Shown: positions 48,164 through 58,542 of the stretch, piece by piece
How the letters are laid out: every line of letters begins with the position of its first letter
Position numbering within the stretch: position 1 is the first letter of the stretch
From: Candidatus Latescibacterota bacterium
GTDB lineage: Bacteria > Latescibacterota > UBA2968
Direction of reading: 5' to 3'
Assembly: GCA_965205975.1 (NCBI GenBank)
Contig: OZ242195.1
Coordinates: 144,202 to 208,201, forward strand
DNA length: 64,000 bases
Made by a program: the position numbers and the translations under genes
Notes under the pieces: model-generated
Databases searched by the model: none
Told to the model about the DNA's origin: nothing
What the model saw: the letters and a program-made list of their open reading frames with translations, nothing else

Positions 48164-49594
48164 ATGCACACTCTTGAAACACATCCTTTTGCAGCGTTAT
48201 TTGGCATTGATGAAAGTGTGTCCGCGCAGGCATTGTCCGAAGCGATGTGCCGAGGTGCCGAATTTGCCGATCTGTATTTTCAGTATGTGCGTACGACGTC
48301 TCTCAGTTTAGAAGATGGCATTATTTCCAGTGCCAATACAGGTATTGATCAAGGCGTGGGGATTCGCGCGGTGATTGGAGATCAGGTTGGCTATGCTTTT
48401 TCCGAGAGTTTAGAAGCAGATGCGATTTATAAGGCTGCTCGGATAGCTGCTGCAATAGCAGAGGGCACAAAGAATATGCCGCCACAACACTTGCAGAGTA
48501 GTGAGGTTGATAATTATTACGAGATTGATCGCGATTGGGATGAGGTCAATATTACCGAACGTCTGCCATTGGTGCAAAGTGCAGAGACGATGACTCGCGC
48601 AATGGATCCCTCAATAGAAAAAGTGTCTGTGGGATGGATGGACAGGGATGAGCGCGTGCTCATTGTGACCAGCGATGGTGTTTTCAGTACGGATCGGCGG
48701 CCTATGGCGACGCTGTATTGCTCGGTGACTGCGAACAAGAATGGCGTGCGGCAGAGCAATGGGGCTTCGGTCTCCCGGCGCGAGGGGATTGGCTATTTTA
48801 CCGAAGAGAATATCAGGGCGGTCTGTCAAAAGGCAGTTGATCGCACGATGATTCTCTTTGAGGCGCAGCGCCCGCCCGCAGGTGAAATGCCGGTGGTGCT
48901 TGCAGCAGGTGCTTCGGGTATTTTGCTCCACGAAGCGATAGGGCACGGCCTGGAAGCGGATTTCAACCGCAAGGGTACGTCCATTTATGCGACGATGATG
49001 AATGAAAAAGTCGCCCCGGATTTTGTAACGATCGTCGATGATGGTTTGCAGGAAAATGATCGTGGGGCTCTCAATGTAGATGACGAGGGTCAGGCTACTG
49101 CGTGTACGACGCTTATTGAAAACGGCGTCTTAAAAAGCTATCTGCACGACCGTATTTCGGCAAAACACTACGGGGTCTCACCCACGGGATCGGGGCGCCG
49201 CGAAAGTTTTCGGCATGTTCCTATGCCGCGTATGCGATCTACGTATATGCTCGACGGACCCCACTCCCGAGACGAGATTATTCGCGCTGTCGATTACGGC
49301 ATTATTGCCGATACGTTTACCAATGGACAGGTGCAAATAGGCGCGGGAGATTTTACTTTTTATATCAAGAATGGATGGCTTATCGAAGGCGGCAAAATCA
49401 CTGCGCCGATCAAGGATGTCAATATTATCGGCAATGGTCCCGAGGCTTTGAAAAATGTGGTTATGGCAGCAGGCGATGCCGTGTTGGACGATGGTAGCTG
49501 GACGTGTGGAAAAAATGGACAGGGCGTGCCCGTTTCGATGGGTGTTCCGACGATGCTGGTGGAAAAGAGTATGACTGTGGGTGGGGTGAACTAA
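48164..49594 (+). CDS. tldD: metalloprotease TldD
   Basis: TldD/PmbA fold with the HExxxH motif (LLHEAIGHGLE). Length 476 aa, AGGAG RBS. Confidence 0.85.
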   Translation: MHTLETHPFAALFGIDESVSAQALSEAMCRGAEFADLYFQYVRTTSLSLEDGIISSANTGIDQGVGIRAVIGDQVGYAFSESLEADAIYKAARIAAAIAEGTKNMPPQHLQSSEVDNYYEIDRDWDEVNITERLPLVQSAETMTRAMDPSIEKVSVGWMDRDERVLIVTSDGVFSTDRRPMATLYCSVTANKNGVRQSNGASVSRREGIGYFTEENIRAVCQKAVDRTMILFEAQRPPAGEMPVVLAAGASGILLHEAIGHGLEADFNRKGTSIYATMMNEKVAPDFVTIVDDGLQENDRGALNVDDEGQATACTTLIENGVLKSYLHDRISAKHYGVSPTGSGRRESFRHVPMPRMRSTYMLDGPHSRDEIIRAVDYGIIADTFTNGQVQIGAGDFTFYIKNGWLIEGGKITAPIKDVNIIGNGPEALKNVVMAAGDAVLDDGSWTCGKNGQGVPVSMGVPTMLVEKSMTVGGVN

Positions 49595-50911
49595 ATGGAA
49601 CGAGAACTTTTCGAACAAGCCGAGCAGGCGATTGCGCAAGCGCGCAGAGCAGGTGCGAATGATGCGATAGCGCGGGTGCGGGATGAAAACAGCACGGAGT
49701 ACACGTATCGCGATGGTAATATTGAGCAGGTTCAACAAAGTGCTACCCGCGGCTTGAGCATTCAATTGTATGTCAATGGGCGGTATTCAACACACCAGAC
49801 CTCGGATTTGCGCGCGACATCAGTTGCCCGATTTGTCGAAGATGCGGTTGCGCTGACGCAGCATCTGGCCGAAGATCCGCATCGCGTTATTCCCGATGCC
49901 GCGCTGTATGAAAATCGGCCGGATACCGATCTTCAATCCGACGATGTTGTGGTGCGCGATTTGCCCCGCGAGGCGTGTATTGATTGGCTAAAAAAAATGG
50001 ATGCTATCACCCATACAGATGACCGCGTGGTGAGTGCTACCGCTGATGTTTATTATGGTTGGCATACGTCGGCTCGGGTGAGTTCAAATGGATTTTCGGG
50101 GATACAGAGCGGGACTTCGATAGGCTATGGCGCGAGTGTGACGCTAAAAGAGGGCGAGCATGGGCGTCCCGAAGATCATCGCTATGTGCGGGCGCATCAT
50201 TTGTCGGATTTGCCCAATCCTGAGACGGTTGCGCGCGAAGGGCTCGACCGCGCGATTTCCCGATTGGGCAGCGAAAAAGCGCCGAGCGGGCGGGCGACTA
50301 TGGTGGTTGATCCCGAAGCGGGCGGGCGTTTGATTGGCGCGATATGGGGCGCATTGCAGGCGCGTAGCATTCAGCAGAACCGGTCTTTTCTCGCTGATAA
50401 AAAGGACGCGCAAATTGCCAGTTCGCTCCTGACGGTGACAGATGATCCTCTGATGGTACGCGGTCTCGCATCTCGGCATTACGATGGCGAGGGAATTTCG
50501 GCAAAGCGCAGGTGCGTCGTTGATCAGGGCGTCTTGCAAATGTATTATGTCGATACGTATTACGGGCGCAAACTCGGCTGGGATCCTACAACTGGAATGT
50601 CGTCTAATCTCGTTTTTGTGCCGGGTGAGAAAGATCTCAATGGTCTGATTGCAGAGATTAAAGAAGGCTTTCACGTCACGTCTTGGCTCGGTGGCAATGC
50701 CGATACGACGACTGGGGATTTTTCTTATGGTTTTCGCGGCTTTCGCATTGCCAATGGGCAGAAAATGGGTGCGGTATCGGAAATGAATATCGCCGGCAAT
50801 TTTCTCGATTTGTTGCAAAATCTCGTCGCCGTGGGCAATGATCCCAATGTCTATTCCAGCATGCAAACACCTACTCTAATTTTTGACAATGTGGCGTTTA
50901 GCGGGAAGTAA
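49595..50911 (+). CDS. pmbA: metalloprotease PmbA/TldE
   Basis: Homologous to TldD without the HExxxH motif. The gene is translationally adjacent to tldD. Confidence 0.8.
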   Translation: MERELFEQAEQAIAQARRAGANDAIARVRDENSTEYTYRDGNIEQVQQSATRGLSIQLYVNGRYSTHQTSDLRATSVARFVEDAVALTQHLAEDPHRVIPDAALYENRPDTDLQSDDVVVRDLPREACIDWLKKMDAITHTDDRVVSATADVYYGWHTSARVSSNGFSGIQSGTSIGYGASVTLKEGEHGRPEDHRYVRAHHLSDLPNPETVAREGLDRAISRLGSEKAPSGRATMVVDPEAGGRLIGAIWGALQARSIQQNRSFLADKKDAQIASSLLTVTDDPLMVRGLASRHYDGEGISAKRRCVVDQGVLQMYYVDTYYGRKLGWDPTTGMSSNLVFVPGEKDLNGLIAEIKEGFHVTSWLGGNADTTTGDFSYGFRGFRIANGQKMGAVSEMNIAGNFLDLLQNLVAVGNDPNVYSSMQTPTLIFDNVAFSGK

Positions 50912-50938
50912 AAAGAGTGGCGTTAGAGAGGGAAAATA

Positions 50939-52225
50939 ATGTCTGCCGCGTCAAAAACGCCGCGCCATATTGCATTGGATATCCTCTGTCGCGTTGAACG
51001 GGGCGCTTATCTCGACCGTTTGCTCGACGCGCAGCGCGAACATATTCGCGGTCCCGATGGCGATTTGCTTCAGCATCTCGTTCGGGGTACGCTGACCAAT
51101 CGGGCGCGGCTTGATCATATCTTGACGCCCTATCTCAAAAAACCCCTGTCCAGACAGCACGCCAAACTCCGCAATCTCCTGCGCCTCGGTGTTTATCAAC
51201 TCCAGTATCTCGACCGCGTGCCATCTTATGCGGTTGTTTCTGAAGCTGTTATTCTCGCTCGTCATATTCTCGGGGAGCCGATTGCGAAATTGGTCAATGC
51301 TGTGTTGCGCGGTGTGGCCGAAGATCGCAAGCCTGTTGTTTTTCCCGATTTTGATAGCGATCCCGTCGAATATCTCGCCATTGCGACATCACATCCCCAA
51401 TGGCTCGTCACGCGGTGGATCAAACGCTATGGCATAGATGAGACACGCGCCCTGTGTGAATTTGACAATGCCCAACCCGCCCTCACTATTCGTCCCAATG
51501 CGTTGCGAACGACGCCCGATGCCCTGCGCGAGCAACTCGCTATTGAGGGGATTGACACTGAATTTGCAACATCCGATCTCCTCGCCGTATCCCATGTGGG
51601 CCACCTTTTTCAGAGCAGGGCTTATTGCGCTGGTCTCTTTAGCGTTCAAGGCGCGGGGGCTGCAATGGTTGTTCCACTGCTCGATCCGCAACCCGGCGAG
51701 GCTGTTCTCGATTTGTGTAGTGCGCCCGGCGGCAAAACCACTGCTATGGCGGAGCGCATGAAGAATCGGGGTTTTATTCTTGCTACAGATCTCTATCCGC
51801 GCCGTCTCGAAATAGTAAAACAAAACACGCATCGGCTCGGAGTTTCATGTGTTTATCCACTCGCTGCCGATGCGTGTTATTTGGCTGTCAACCGCTTATT
51901 TGATCGGGTTCTGGTCGATGTGCCCTGTTCCTCGCTGGGTATTCTGAATCACCATCCCGACCTGCGCTGGCGGAAGTGTGATATTCAGGACCTTGCGCGC
52001 TTGCAACGCGCCCTTATCGAACGCGCTGCCGATTACGTCTGTCCAGGTGGTGTTCTCGTCTATAGTACTTGTACCCTCGAACCCGAAGAAAATGAGCGCG
52101 TTGTCGAAGCTTTTTTAAGCGATCATCCGGGCTTTCGAGTTACCCATCCCTATCTGCAATTGCTACCCCATCAAACTGGTAATGACGGTGTTTTTGCCGC
52201 GCGGTTGCATAAGACGGCTTCTTAG
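50939..52225 (+). CDS. rsmB: 16S rRNA (cytosine967-C5)-methyltransferase RsmB/Sun
   Basis: NusB-like N-terminus; SAM motif LDLCSAPGGKTTAMAE; catalytic DVPCSSLG and TCTLEPEENE. Confidence 0.85.
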   Translation: MSAASKTPRHIALDILCRVERGAYLDRLLDAQREHIRGPDGDLLQHLVRGTLTNRARLDHILTPYLKKPLSRQHAKLRNLLRLGVYQLQYLDRVPSYAVVSEAVILARHILGEPIAKLVNAVLRGVAEDRKPVVFPDFDSDPVEYLAIATSHPQWLVTRWIKRYGIDETRALCEFDNAQPALTIRPNALRTTPDALREQLAIEGIDTEFATSDLLAVSHVGHLFQSRAYCAGLFSVQGAGAAMVVPLLDPQPGEAVLDLCSAPGGKTTAMAERMKNRGFILATDLYPRRLEIVKQNTHRLGVSCVYPLAADACYLAVNRLFDRVLVDVPCSSLGILNHHPDLRWRKCDIQDLARLQRALIERAADYVCPGGVLVYSTCTLEPEENERVVEAFLSDHPGFRVTHPYLQLLPHQTGNDGVFAARLHKTAS

Positions 52226-53721
52226 GCCAACTCGTAGTGCCTGCGGTCAGGCTGAGGCACTGGCCGGGCATCTTCGGTGTTTATGCTCCAGTCGGCGAGT
52301 CGCAGTCGCATGTCGGCGAGGGCGTCGCGATGTTGTTCTTCGTCGATCACATTGACCAACTCGCCTGGGTCGGCGACGAGGTCGTAGAGTTCGTCGCGAT
52401 CTCCCATGGGGTCGTGGACGTACTTCCACTGGCGGGTGCGGACCATCTTGCACCGACCGGCTGCCTCGCGCCACTGCAAGGTGTCAATCAGGGTCTTGCG
52501 GCCCCAGGGTTGAGGTAGCTTTTCCAGGTCGGACATGGTAAAGAGCGGTCCTCCACTTCCGTATTCGGAAAAAGTCGCGTCCCGAGGTGCGGCTGCAGTC
52601 ACAGTGGGCAGTGGTATTCCGTGCATGGAATTCGGTTGGGCCATTCCTTGCAAGTGCAACAGCGTGGGTACCACGTCGATCAGATTGGCCATGCTTTGAT
52701 CGCGCACCCCGGCGGTGACCTGCCCGGGCCAGGAGACGATCAGCGGCACCCGAGTCAGGCTGTCGTAGAAGACTCCGCCTTTGCACTGCATGGCGTGTTC
52801 CCCCATAAAGTCGCCGTGGTCCGAACAAAAGACGACAATCGTCTGCTCTCGCAGCCCCAGTGCATCGAGTTTGTCGAGTATTTGGCCGAGTGCGTCGTCG
52901 ATAAAGCGCACCATACCAAAATACGAGGCCATAACGCCATAGAGATCTTCAGTCGAATCGCGGCGCATTCCCAGCATCTGGTAGAGCGCGCGGTTGCGCT
53001 CGGGGGCGCGTTCGTCGTCAAATTCGTCGTCGCGCCAGGGGGGAAGGTCAATGTTTTCGGGCGGAAACAAGGCTGCATACTCGGCCGGGCACAGCCACGG
53101 TTCGTGTGGATCGGGAAAAGAAACCCACAGGGCAAAGGGCTGGTCCTGGTGCTTTTCGATAAAGCGCGTCGTCTGTCCAGCGATCAGGCCGGTGGAGTGG
53201 TCCTCTAAGGGTAGTTCGGAGGTGCCGTAGCTGAAGCGGGGGTTCTGATGGGCGAGCTGGCGATTTTCGGCGGCGACCTTGCGGCGGCCTTCTGCCGGGC
53301 GGAACCAGTCCATGCCCCGCGTCTCTTCGCCGCTACCGCCGTGGGTACCGGGGTTCCACACATCGAAGAGGGCCAAATCCTCTTCCTGTTCGAAGCAGTG
53401 GTTTTTGCCGATCAGGCCCGTGGCGTAGCCCGCCGCTTTCCAGAGTTGCCAGGCGTGTTCGGCACCGGCTGGCATCAAGGTCTGGTTGCGTCGGCCCCCG
53501 TGCGAGTGGGGAAACTGCGAGGTCCAAAATGAGATGCGTGCTGGCACACAGAGTGGGTGCGGGGTGATGGCGTTTTCAAAGAGGACTCCGCTGGCGGCCA
53601 GGCGTTCCATCGACGGGGTTTGGCAAAAGGTGTTGCCGTAGAGATGGCTGGCTGTGGCGCGCTGTTGGTCAGTCATGATTACGAGGATGTTGGGGCGGTC
53701 AGTCATGGTGTTTTTGCTCAT
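52222..53721 (-). CDS. sulfatase (formylglycine-dependent), no signal peptide, GC-rich
   Basis: NILVIMTDQQR ... the sulfatase signature C-V-P-A-R in HPLCVPARISFWTS ... CSDHGDFMGEH. About 58-60% GC. It starts 5 nt downstream of sat. Confidence 0.85.
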   Translation of the reverse strand: MSKNTMTDRPNILVIMTDQQRATASHLYGNTFCQTPSMERLAASGVLFENAITPHPLCVPARISFWTSQFPHSHGGRRNQTLMPAGAEHAWQLWKAAGYATGLIGKNHCFEQEEDLALFDVWNPGTHGGSGEETRGMDWFRPAEGRRKVAAENRQLAHQNPRFSYGTSELPLEDHSTGLIAGQTTRFIEKHQDQPFALWVSFPDPHEPWLCPAEYAALFPPENIDLPPWRDDEFDDERAPERNRALYQMLGMRRDSTEDLYGVMASYFGMVRFIDDALGQILDKLDALGLREQTIVVFCSDHGDFMGEHAMQCKGGVFYDSLTRVPLIVSWPGQVTAGVRDQSMANLIDVVPTLLHLQGMAQPNSMHGIPLPTVTAAAPRDATFSEYGSGGPLFTMSDLEKLPQPWGRKTLIDTLQWREAAGRCKMVRTRQWKYVHDPMGDRDELYDLVADPGELVNVIDEEQHRDALADMRLRLADWSINTEDARPVPQPDRRHYELA

Positions 53722-53725
53722 TTCT

Positions 53726-54988
53726 TTATGCGGTTGCCGACATGGCTTTGCTCAATATTTCCGATGTGCTCGGGCGCATGATGCGGGGATCGACTTGTTC
53801 TCCGGCGCTGAGTGTGTCGCGCACTTGAGAGCCTGAAATAAAGACCGGTTGTTCATCGGGGTGATGTTCCATTAAATCCACGCGTCCAAGTGATTCGTAA
53901 TAGGCGGCAAACCCAACGTTCACGGGCTGAATTTGGAGGTCGCCATTTAGATTTTCAAAAATCTCCTGTGCATCGAAGTCCCCCCAGATCGCGCTGCCGT
54001 CGTGATAGGGGGCATCGGCGTGTTTGCGGCCGATGATGATGTCGGTGAATCCAAAGTTCTGGCGGTAAATGGCGTGCATGACGGCTTCTTTGGGTCCGGC
54101 GTAAAACATTTTGATATCCAGTCCGAGCAAAATGACTCTGTCCGGTACAGATTCTCCGCGTTTTTGCCACAGGTCCGCGTCGCTATCCCCTTCGCCCAGT
54201 CCCCGAGATGCGATGAGTGCTTCGTAAGTTTGCATGCGAATTTCTGCGCGCACGTCGTCCGATTTGGTTTCGCCCACGAGGGGATTTAAGCACGCGCCTG
54301 CGTTGTGTCCCTGGCGCAGGAGGGTTTCCAAGCCATATACCAGTGCATATTCGTGTGCGCGATGCAGGGCATTGCGCGTTTGAAATGCCACAACGCGGTT
54401 CCAGCCTTTTTGGACCAGGAGGGGCCTGACTTCTCGCGGGCTGAGTACGTATTGTCCAAAATGTGGATTTTTGGGTTGGGGTAGTACTTGTATTTCACCG
54501 CCTATGAGATGGGTTTTGTCGCCGTCGCCATTGAGGACCATATCGGCACCGGGGTGGTCTGTACGATCCGTTAAATATACGCGCTGGAGGTATTGGGTTT
54601 TATCCCATTCAAAGATGTCGCTGATGTCCAGCACCGCCACTATTTCGCCAGATGTGTTTTCCAATGCGACTTTCTGGCCAATCGAAAGTGTTTGGGCAAG
54701 ATTGGGACTCACGGGTAGTGATATTGGGATCGTCCAGGCATAGCGCTTGCCATCTACTTTGATGACGGATTCGTCGAGCACTCGATGATATGTTTGTGCA
54801 TCCATCGGTCCTGTAAGCGGACTCAATCCGCCGTCGCCAAAACGATAGACCGAGGATAGATCTGCATCGCTGACCGGGACGCGCGTCAGTCCGTTTGCTC
54901 TGGATAAAAATGTTTCAACATCTGCTACCATGCGATTGACCGGTTCGGATAGACCACCGTGGGGTGCAATCAGGGGTGTATCGGACAT
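53726..54988 (-). CDS. sat: sulfate adenylyltransferase (ATP sulfurylase)
   Basis: LIAPHGG ... [11 protein letters not shown] ... [10 protein letters not shown] (the GRDHAG equivalent) ... the HH motif. Confidence 0.85.
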   Translation of the reverse strand: MSDTPLIAPHGGLSEPVNRMVADVETFLSRANGLTRVPVSDADLSSVYRFGDGGLSPLTGPMDAQTYHRVLDESVIKVDGKRYAWTIPISLPVSPNLAQTLSIGQKVALENTSGEIVAVLDISDIFEWDKTQYLQRVYLTDRTDHPGADMVLNGDGDKTHLIGGEIQVLPQPKNPHFGQYVLSPREVRPLLVQKGWNRVVAFQTRNALHRAHEYALVYGLETLLRQGHNAGACLNPLVGETKSDDVRAEIRMQTYEALIASRGLGEGDSDADLWQKRGESVPDRVILLGLDIKMFYAGPKEAVMHAIYRQNFGFTDIIIGRKHADAPYHDGSAIWGDFDAQEIFENLNGDLQIQPVNVGFAAYYESLGRVDLMEHHPDEQPVFISGSQVRDTLSAGEQVDPRIMRPSTSEILSKAMSATA

Positions 54989-55107
54989 TTGGGTAAACCT
55001 CCTATTATTATGATATTCTTGATTTACTAAGTAATGAATATATATTTGACCTGTTTTCTGTCAAGAAAGAAAGCGGTTTTGGGCCTTGACCTTTTTAAGC
55101 TGGCTTC

Positions 55108-55440
55108 TCATCGCGTTTTTTGCGCTTCCATATATGCCCGTAGGACCGCATTCATTCGAGTTTGATATCCCCTGCCGAACGATTGAAAAAAGTCAACAAC
55201 ATCGTTATCAATTCGCAGCGAGATTTGTTTCTTTCTTTTTGGCATTACAACCCGTAGTTGTGTCAGGTCGCAGTCTTCTAAGCGCAGTGAGTCGGGGTCT
55301 TCGCGGGCGTTGCGCTCAATTTCCTCTTCGGTCATTGTGTCCAACCGATGCCAATCGGTTTTGTCTTTCTTGCTGCCTACTGGCACACCTTGGGAAACAG
55401 AAGTTATTTTGTCTTTCTTTTTGTTTGTGATCCTGCTCAT
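55108..55440 (-). CDS. brnA: BrnA antitoxin (ribbon-helix-helix, type II TA)
   Basis: TDWHRLDTMTEEEIERNAREDPDSLRL ... KKQISLRIDNDVVDFFQSFGRGYQTRMNAVLRAYMEA matches the BrnA family consensus. Confidence 0.8.
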   Translation of the reverse strand: MSRITNKKKDKITSVSQGVPVGSKKDKTDWHRLDTMTEEEIERNAREDPDSLRLEDCDLTQLRVVMPKRKKQISLRIDNDVVDFFQSFGRGYQTRMNAVLRAYMEAQKTR

Positions 55441-55450
55441 TATCGCCTCC

Positions 55451-55714
55451 TCATGTGTTTAACTCAAACACGTTCCTCTCTTTTCTACTCGCTTTTCGTG
55501 CCGAAATGATCCTCCGGGCCTCGTCACGCCAGGTATAAACAACGGCAATTACGTGATTGTTGAGCATGCCAAGTGCAAGTATCCGAGCTTCGCCATGTCG
55601 CCTTTGGGGAATCTCTACAACTGTATTTTCAAAGATGTTTATAGCGACTCGAAAGTCGTAGCCGTGTTTCTCAATATTGGCAAGCCGCTTATTTATATCC
55701 CATTCAAATTTCAC
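55451..55714 (-). CDS. brnT: BrnT toxin (DUF497 ribonuclease, type II TA)
   Basis: VKFEWDINKRLANIEKHGYDFRVAINIFEN ... ARILALGMLNNHVIAVVYTWRDEARRIISARKASRKE matches the BrnT consensus (KFEWDxxKxxxNxxKHG). The start is taken at the GTG at 55714, but the ORF is open upstream to 55777. The gene lies 10 nt upstream of brnA. Confidence 0.7.
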   Translation of the reverse strand: MKFEWDINKRLANIEKHGYDFRVAINIFENTVVEIPQRRHGEARILALGMLNNHVIAVVYTWRDEARRIISARKASRKERNVFELNT

Positions 55715-55810
55715 ATAATGAATATACAAAATGTAGATACATTTATCAATACAAACAATACAAAATAAAACAGGCACTTGCGAGAAGTACGTAAGTGCCT
55801 GTTCGGATTA

Positions 55811-55886
<76 letters not shown>

Positions 55887-55930
55887 GTTTTTTCAGGTGA
55901 TTGGAAATGTAAAGAAGCCTTTGCGCGATG

Positions 55931-56404
55931 TCAAGTCTTGCGAATATAAGTTCCGCTGCGTCCACCGCTTTTTTGCAAGAGACAGATTTCTCCGATGACC
56001 ATGCCGCGATCTACTGCTTTGCACATGTCGTAAATGGTCAACAGAGCGACACTGACCGCGGTGAGGGCTTCCATTTCGACACCTGTGCGGTCGGGTACGC
56101 GCACAGTTGCACGCGCTGTAATGCTCGTATTTTCGGCTTCAAAATTGAGTTCAACGCCCGTAATGCCCAGCGGGTGACACATTGGGATGAGGTCAGATGT
56201 GCGTTTGGTGGCCATGATGCCCGCAATGCGCGCTGTTTCCAGCACGTTGCCTTTGGGCATATTTCCTCTGGTGACGAGTTGCAGGGTTTCGGGCTGCATT
56301 TCAATTTTGCCCGATGCGATTGCCTCGCGGTCTGTCACGTCTTTGTCTGTGACATCCACCATCTTCACGGATCCCTGTTCGTCAATATGTGTCAATTTTG
56401 CCAT
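55931..56404 (-). CDS. moaC: cyclic pyranopterin monophosphate synthase accessory protein
   Basis: LTHIDEQGSVKMVDVTDKDVT ... GNVLETARIAGIMATKRTSDLIPMCHPL. Confidence 0.9.
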   Translation of the reverse strand: MAKLTHIDEQGSVKMVDVTDKDVTDREAIASGKIEMQPETLQLVTRGNMPKGNVLETARIAGIMATKRTSDLIPMCHPLGITGVELNFEAENTSITARATVRVPDRTGVEMEALTAVSVALLTIYDMCKAVDRGMVIGEICLLQKSGGRSGTYIRKT

Positions 56405-56410
56405 GATCTT

Positions 56411-57634
56411 TTACCAGCTATTTAATAAAATGAGGTCCAATTCGGTTCCCGCAGGTACATGGGCATCTTCGGCGTTGACTACGAATAAGCTGTTTGCGCG
56501 GGCCATTGAAAACAGATCAGCCGAGCCGTGGTGCCCGACCCAGGTGCTTTCCCAAATGCCTTTTTTGTCCTGAACACTGTGCGCGGGTACAAATTGCTTT
56601 CGCCCGGGCGTTTGTCGAAAATCTGCACTGAGTACTGTGCGGACGGTGGGGAGATGCAAATCCGTCATGCACTGCATTTTTCTGATTGCAGGACGCATGA
56701 GCAATTCCAGGCCGACTACAGAAGATACCGGATTGCCGGGCAATCCAAAGACCTGTCGCGCGCCTTTTACGCCAAATGTCAGGGGTTTGCCGGGTTTCAT
56801 GCGGATGCGGTCAAATAGTACTTCGACACCCAGATCTCGCATGCCGTCTTGTACCAGATCGTATTCGCCAGCAGAGACACCACCAGATAGGGCGACGATA
56901 TCACAGGTCTCCAGACCTTCGCCGATGGTTTGTATCAAGGCATGGATGTCGTCTTCTACAATGCCGAAATAACGCGCTTGCGCCCCTGAGCGCAAGACTT
57001 GAGCCATCATTGAGTATCCATTGCTGTTTCGTATTTGCCCGGGTTTGGGTTTGTTGTGTGGTTCAACAACTTCGCTGCCGGTTGCCACAATGCCAACTAC
57101 TGGTTGGCGATAGACCTCGACATGGATATGTCCCACAGCGGCGAGAATGCCAACTTCGAGGGGGCGTATGACTGTGTTGGCTTGCAATACGACCTGATTG
57201 ACGCGCACATCTTCGCCGAGGCGGGCGATATTTCTGCCTGTTTCCGTGGTGTCGAGTACCTGCACTTTTTGGGCGTCTGTATGTGGTAAGGTATCTTCTA
57301 CCATAATTACCGTGTCTGCGCCATCGGGTACGGGTGCGCCCGTCATAATTTGAGAGGCTTGCCCACATTCCACGCGCTTTTGCGGCACGGTGCCCGCTGG
57401 AATTTCTTCGATCACATCGAGTATGACCGGTGTATTTTGGGATGCGGATGCGATATCTGCTCCCTGAAGGGCATAACCATCCATGAGGGCTTTGTCAAAG
57501 GGTGGCATGTCGATATCCGAATGCACATCTTCGGATAAAACGCGCCCGAGTACATCGTCCAATCCAACGCGAATTTTGTCAATTTTCTGTGTGTTTTCCA
57601 TTACTATGCGAATGGCATCATCCATTTCAATCAT
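56411..57634 (-). CDS. moeA: molybdopterin molybdotransferase
   Basis: MoeA N-terminal, linker and MoCF-biosynthesis domains (DIVALSGGVSAGEYDLV ... GLPGNPVSS). Length 407 aa. Confidence 0.85.
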   Translation of the reverse strand: MIEMDDAIRIVMENTQKIDKIRVGLDDVLGRVLSEDVHSDIDMPPFDKALMDGYALQGADIASASQNTPVILDVIEEIPAGTVPQKRVECGQASQIMTGAPVPDGADTVIMVEDTLPHTDAQKVQVLDTTETGRNIARLGEDVRVNQVVLQANTVIRPLEVGILAAVGHIHVEVYRQPVVGIVATGSEVVEPHNKPKPGQIRNSNGYSMMAQVLRSGAQARYFGIVEDDIHALIQTIGEGLETCDIVALSGGVSAGEYDLVQDGMRDLGVEVLFDRIRMKPGKPLTFGVKGARQVFGLPGNPVSSVVGLELLMRPAIRKMQCMTDLHLPTVRTVLSADFRQTPGRKQFVPAHSVQDKKGIWESTWVGHHGSADLFSMARANSLFVVNAEDAHVPAGTELDLILLNSW

Positions 57635-57765
57635 AACTTTACTCCTTGTTTTATTTTCATTAATCGCGCATAATATACGTAAACTTGCCCGAAGTATCTG
57701 AGATTTTTTTTGTATTTTTTATGGGAAAGATCGCGATAGAGCGTATTTTAACTATAAGGAGTAAT

Positions 57766-58485
57766 ATGTCCAAAACAGCAATTATTACTGGCGCAGGTAC
57801 CGGAATTGGTGCGAGTATTGCCATTGCATTTGCCGAAGCGGGCTATAATCTGGTGCTCGCGGGGCGGCGCGTAGAACCTTTGGAAGAGACAGCACGGCAA
57901 TGCGGCACTGCCAATATCGAGATCTGTGCTACCGATGTTGCCGACCGCGAGGCGGTTCAAGTGCTCGCCGAACAGACGGTCGCGGTTTTTGGGCGCATTG
58001 ATATTTTGGTGAACAACGCGGGTATCAATAGTAAAAAACGCCACTTGATCGATATTGCGGATGAGGACTGGGATCGCGTTATGGAGATCAATCTCACGGG
58101 TGCTTTTAATGCGTTTCGCGCTGTTTTGCCGCAAATGAAAGTGCAAAATGACGGTCTGGTTATCAATATCTCATCTATGGCTGGCAAAAGAGCGGGTATG
58201 ATCAGTGGTGTGGCTTATAGCGCGTCCAAATTTGGCATGGCCGCGCTGAATCAATCGATCAATGTTGAGTTTCGAGAGGCGGGCATTCGCGCCTGCTGTA
58301 TTTATCCCGGTGAAGTCGATACACCTATCTTAGATCACCGTCCCAATCCCGTCTCAGATGAAAAACGCGCCGCTGCACTTTTGCCCGAAGATATTGCTGC
58401 CGCCGCACTTATGGTCGCTCAGATGCCGGACCGCGTCATTGTCGAAGAAATTACCATTTTTCCACGCCGGGTGGTTGGGAGATAG
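57766..58485 (+). CDS. short-chain dehydrogenase/reductase (SDR)
   Basis: TAIITGAGTGIGASIA is the TGxxxGxG motif, followed by NNAG and a catalytic YSASK. AAGGAG RBS. Confidence 0.8.
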   Translation: MSKTAIITGAGTGIGASIAIAFAEAGYNLVLAGRRVEPLEETARQCGTANIEICATDVADREAVQVLAEQTVAVFGRIDILVNNAGINSKKRHLIDIADEDWDRVMEINLTGAFNAFRAVLPQMKVQNDGLVINISSMAGKRAGMISGVAYSASKFGMAALNQSINVEFREAGIRACCIYPGEVDTPILDHRPNPVSDEKRAAALLPEDIAAAALMVAQMPDRVIVEEITIFPRRVVGR

Positions 58486-58542
58486 TATGTCCGTGATATC
58501 CACTTATGTGCGTGCATTAGAATTAGTAAGGATAAAAATAAA

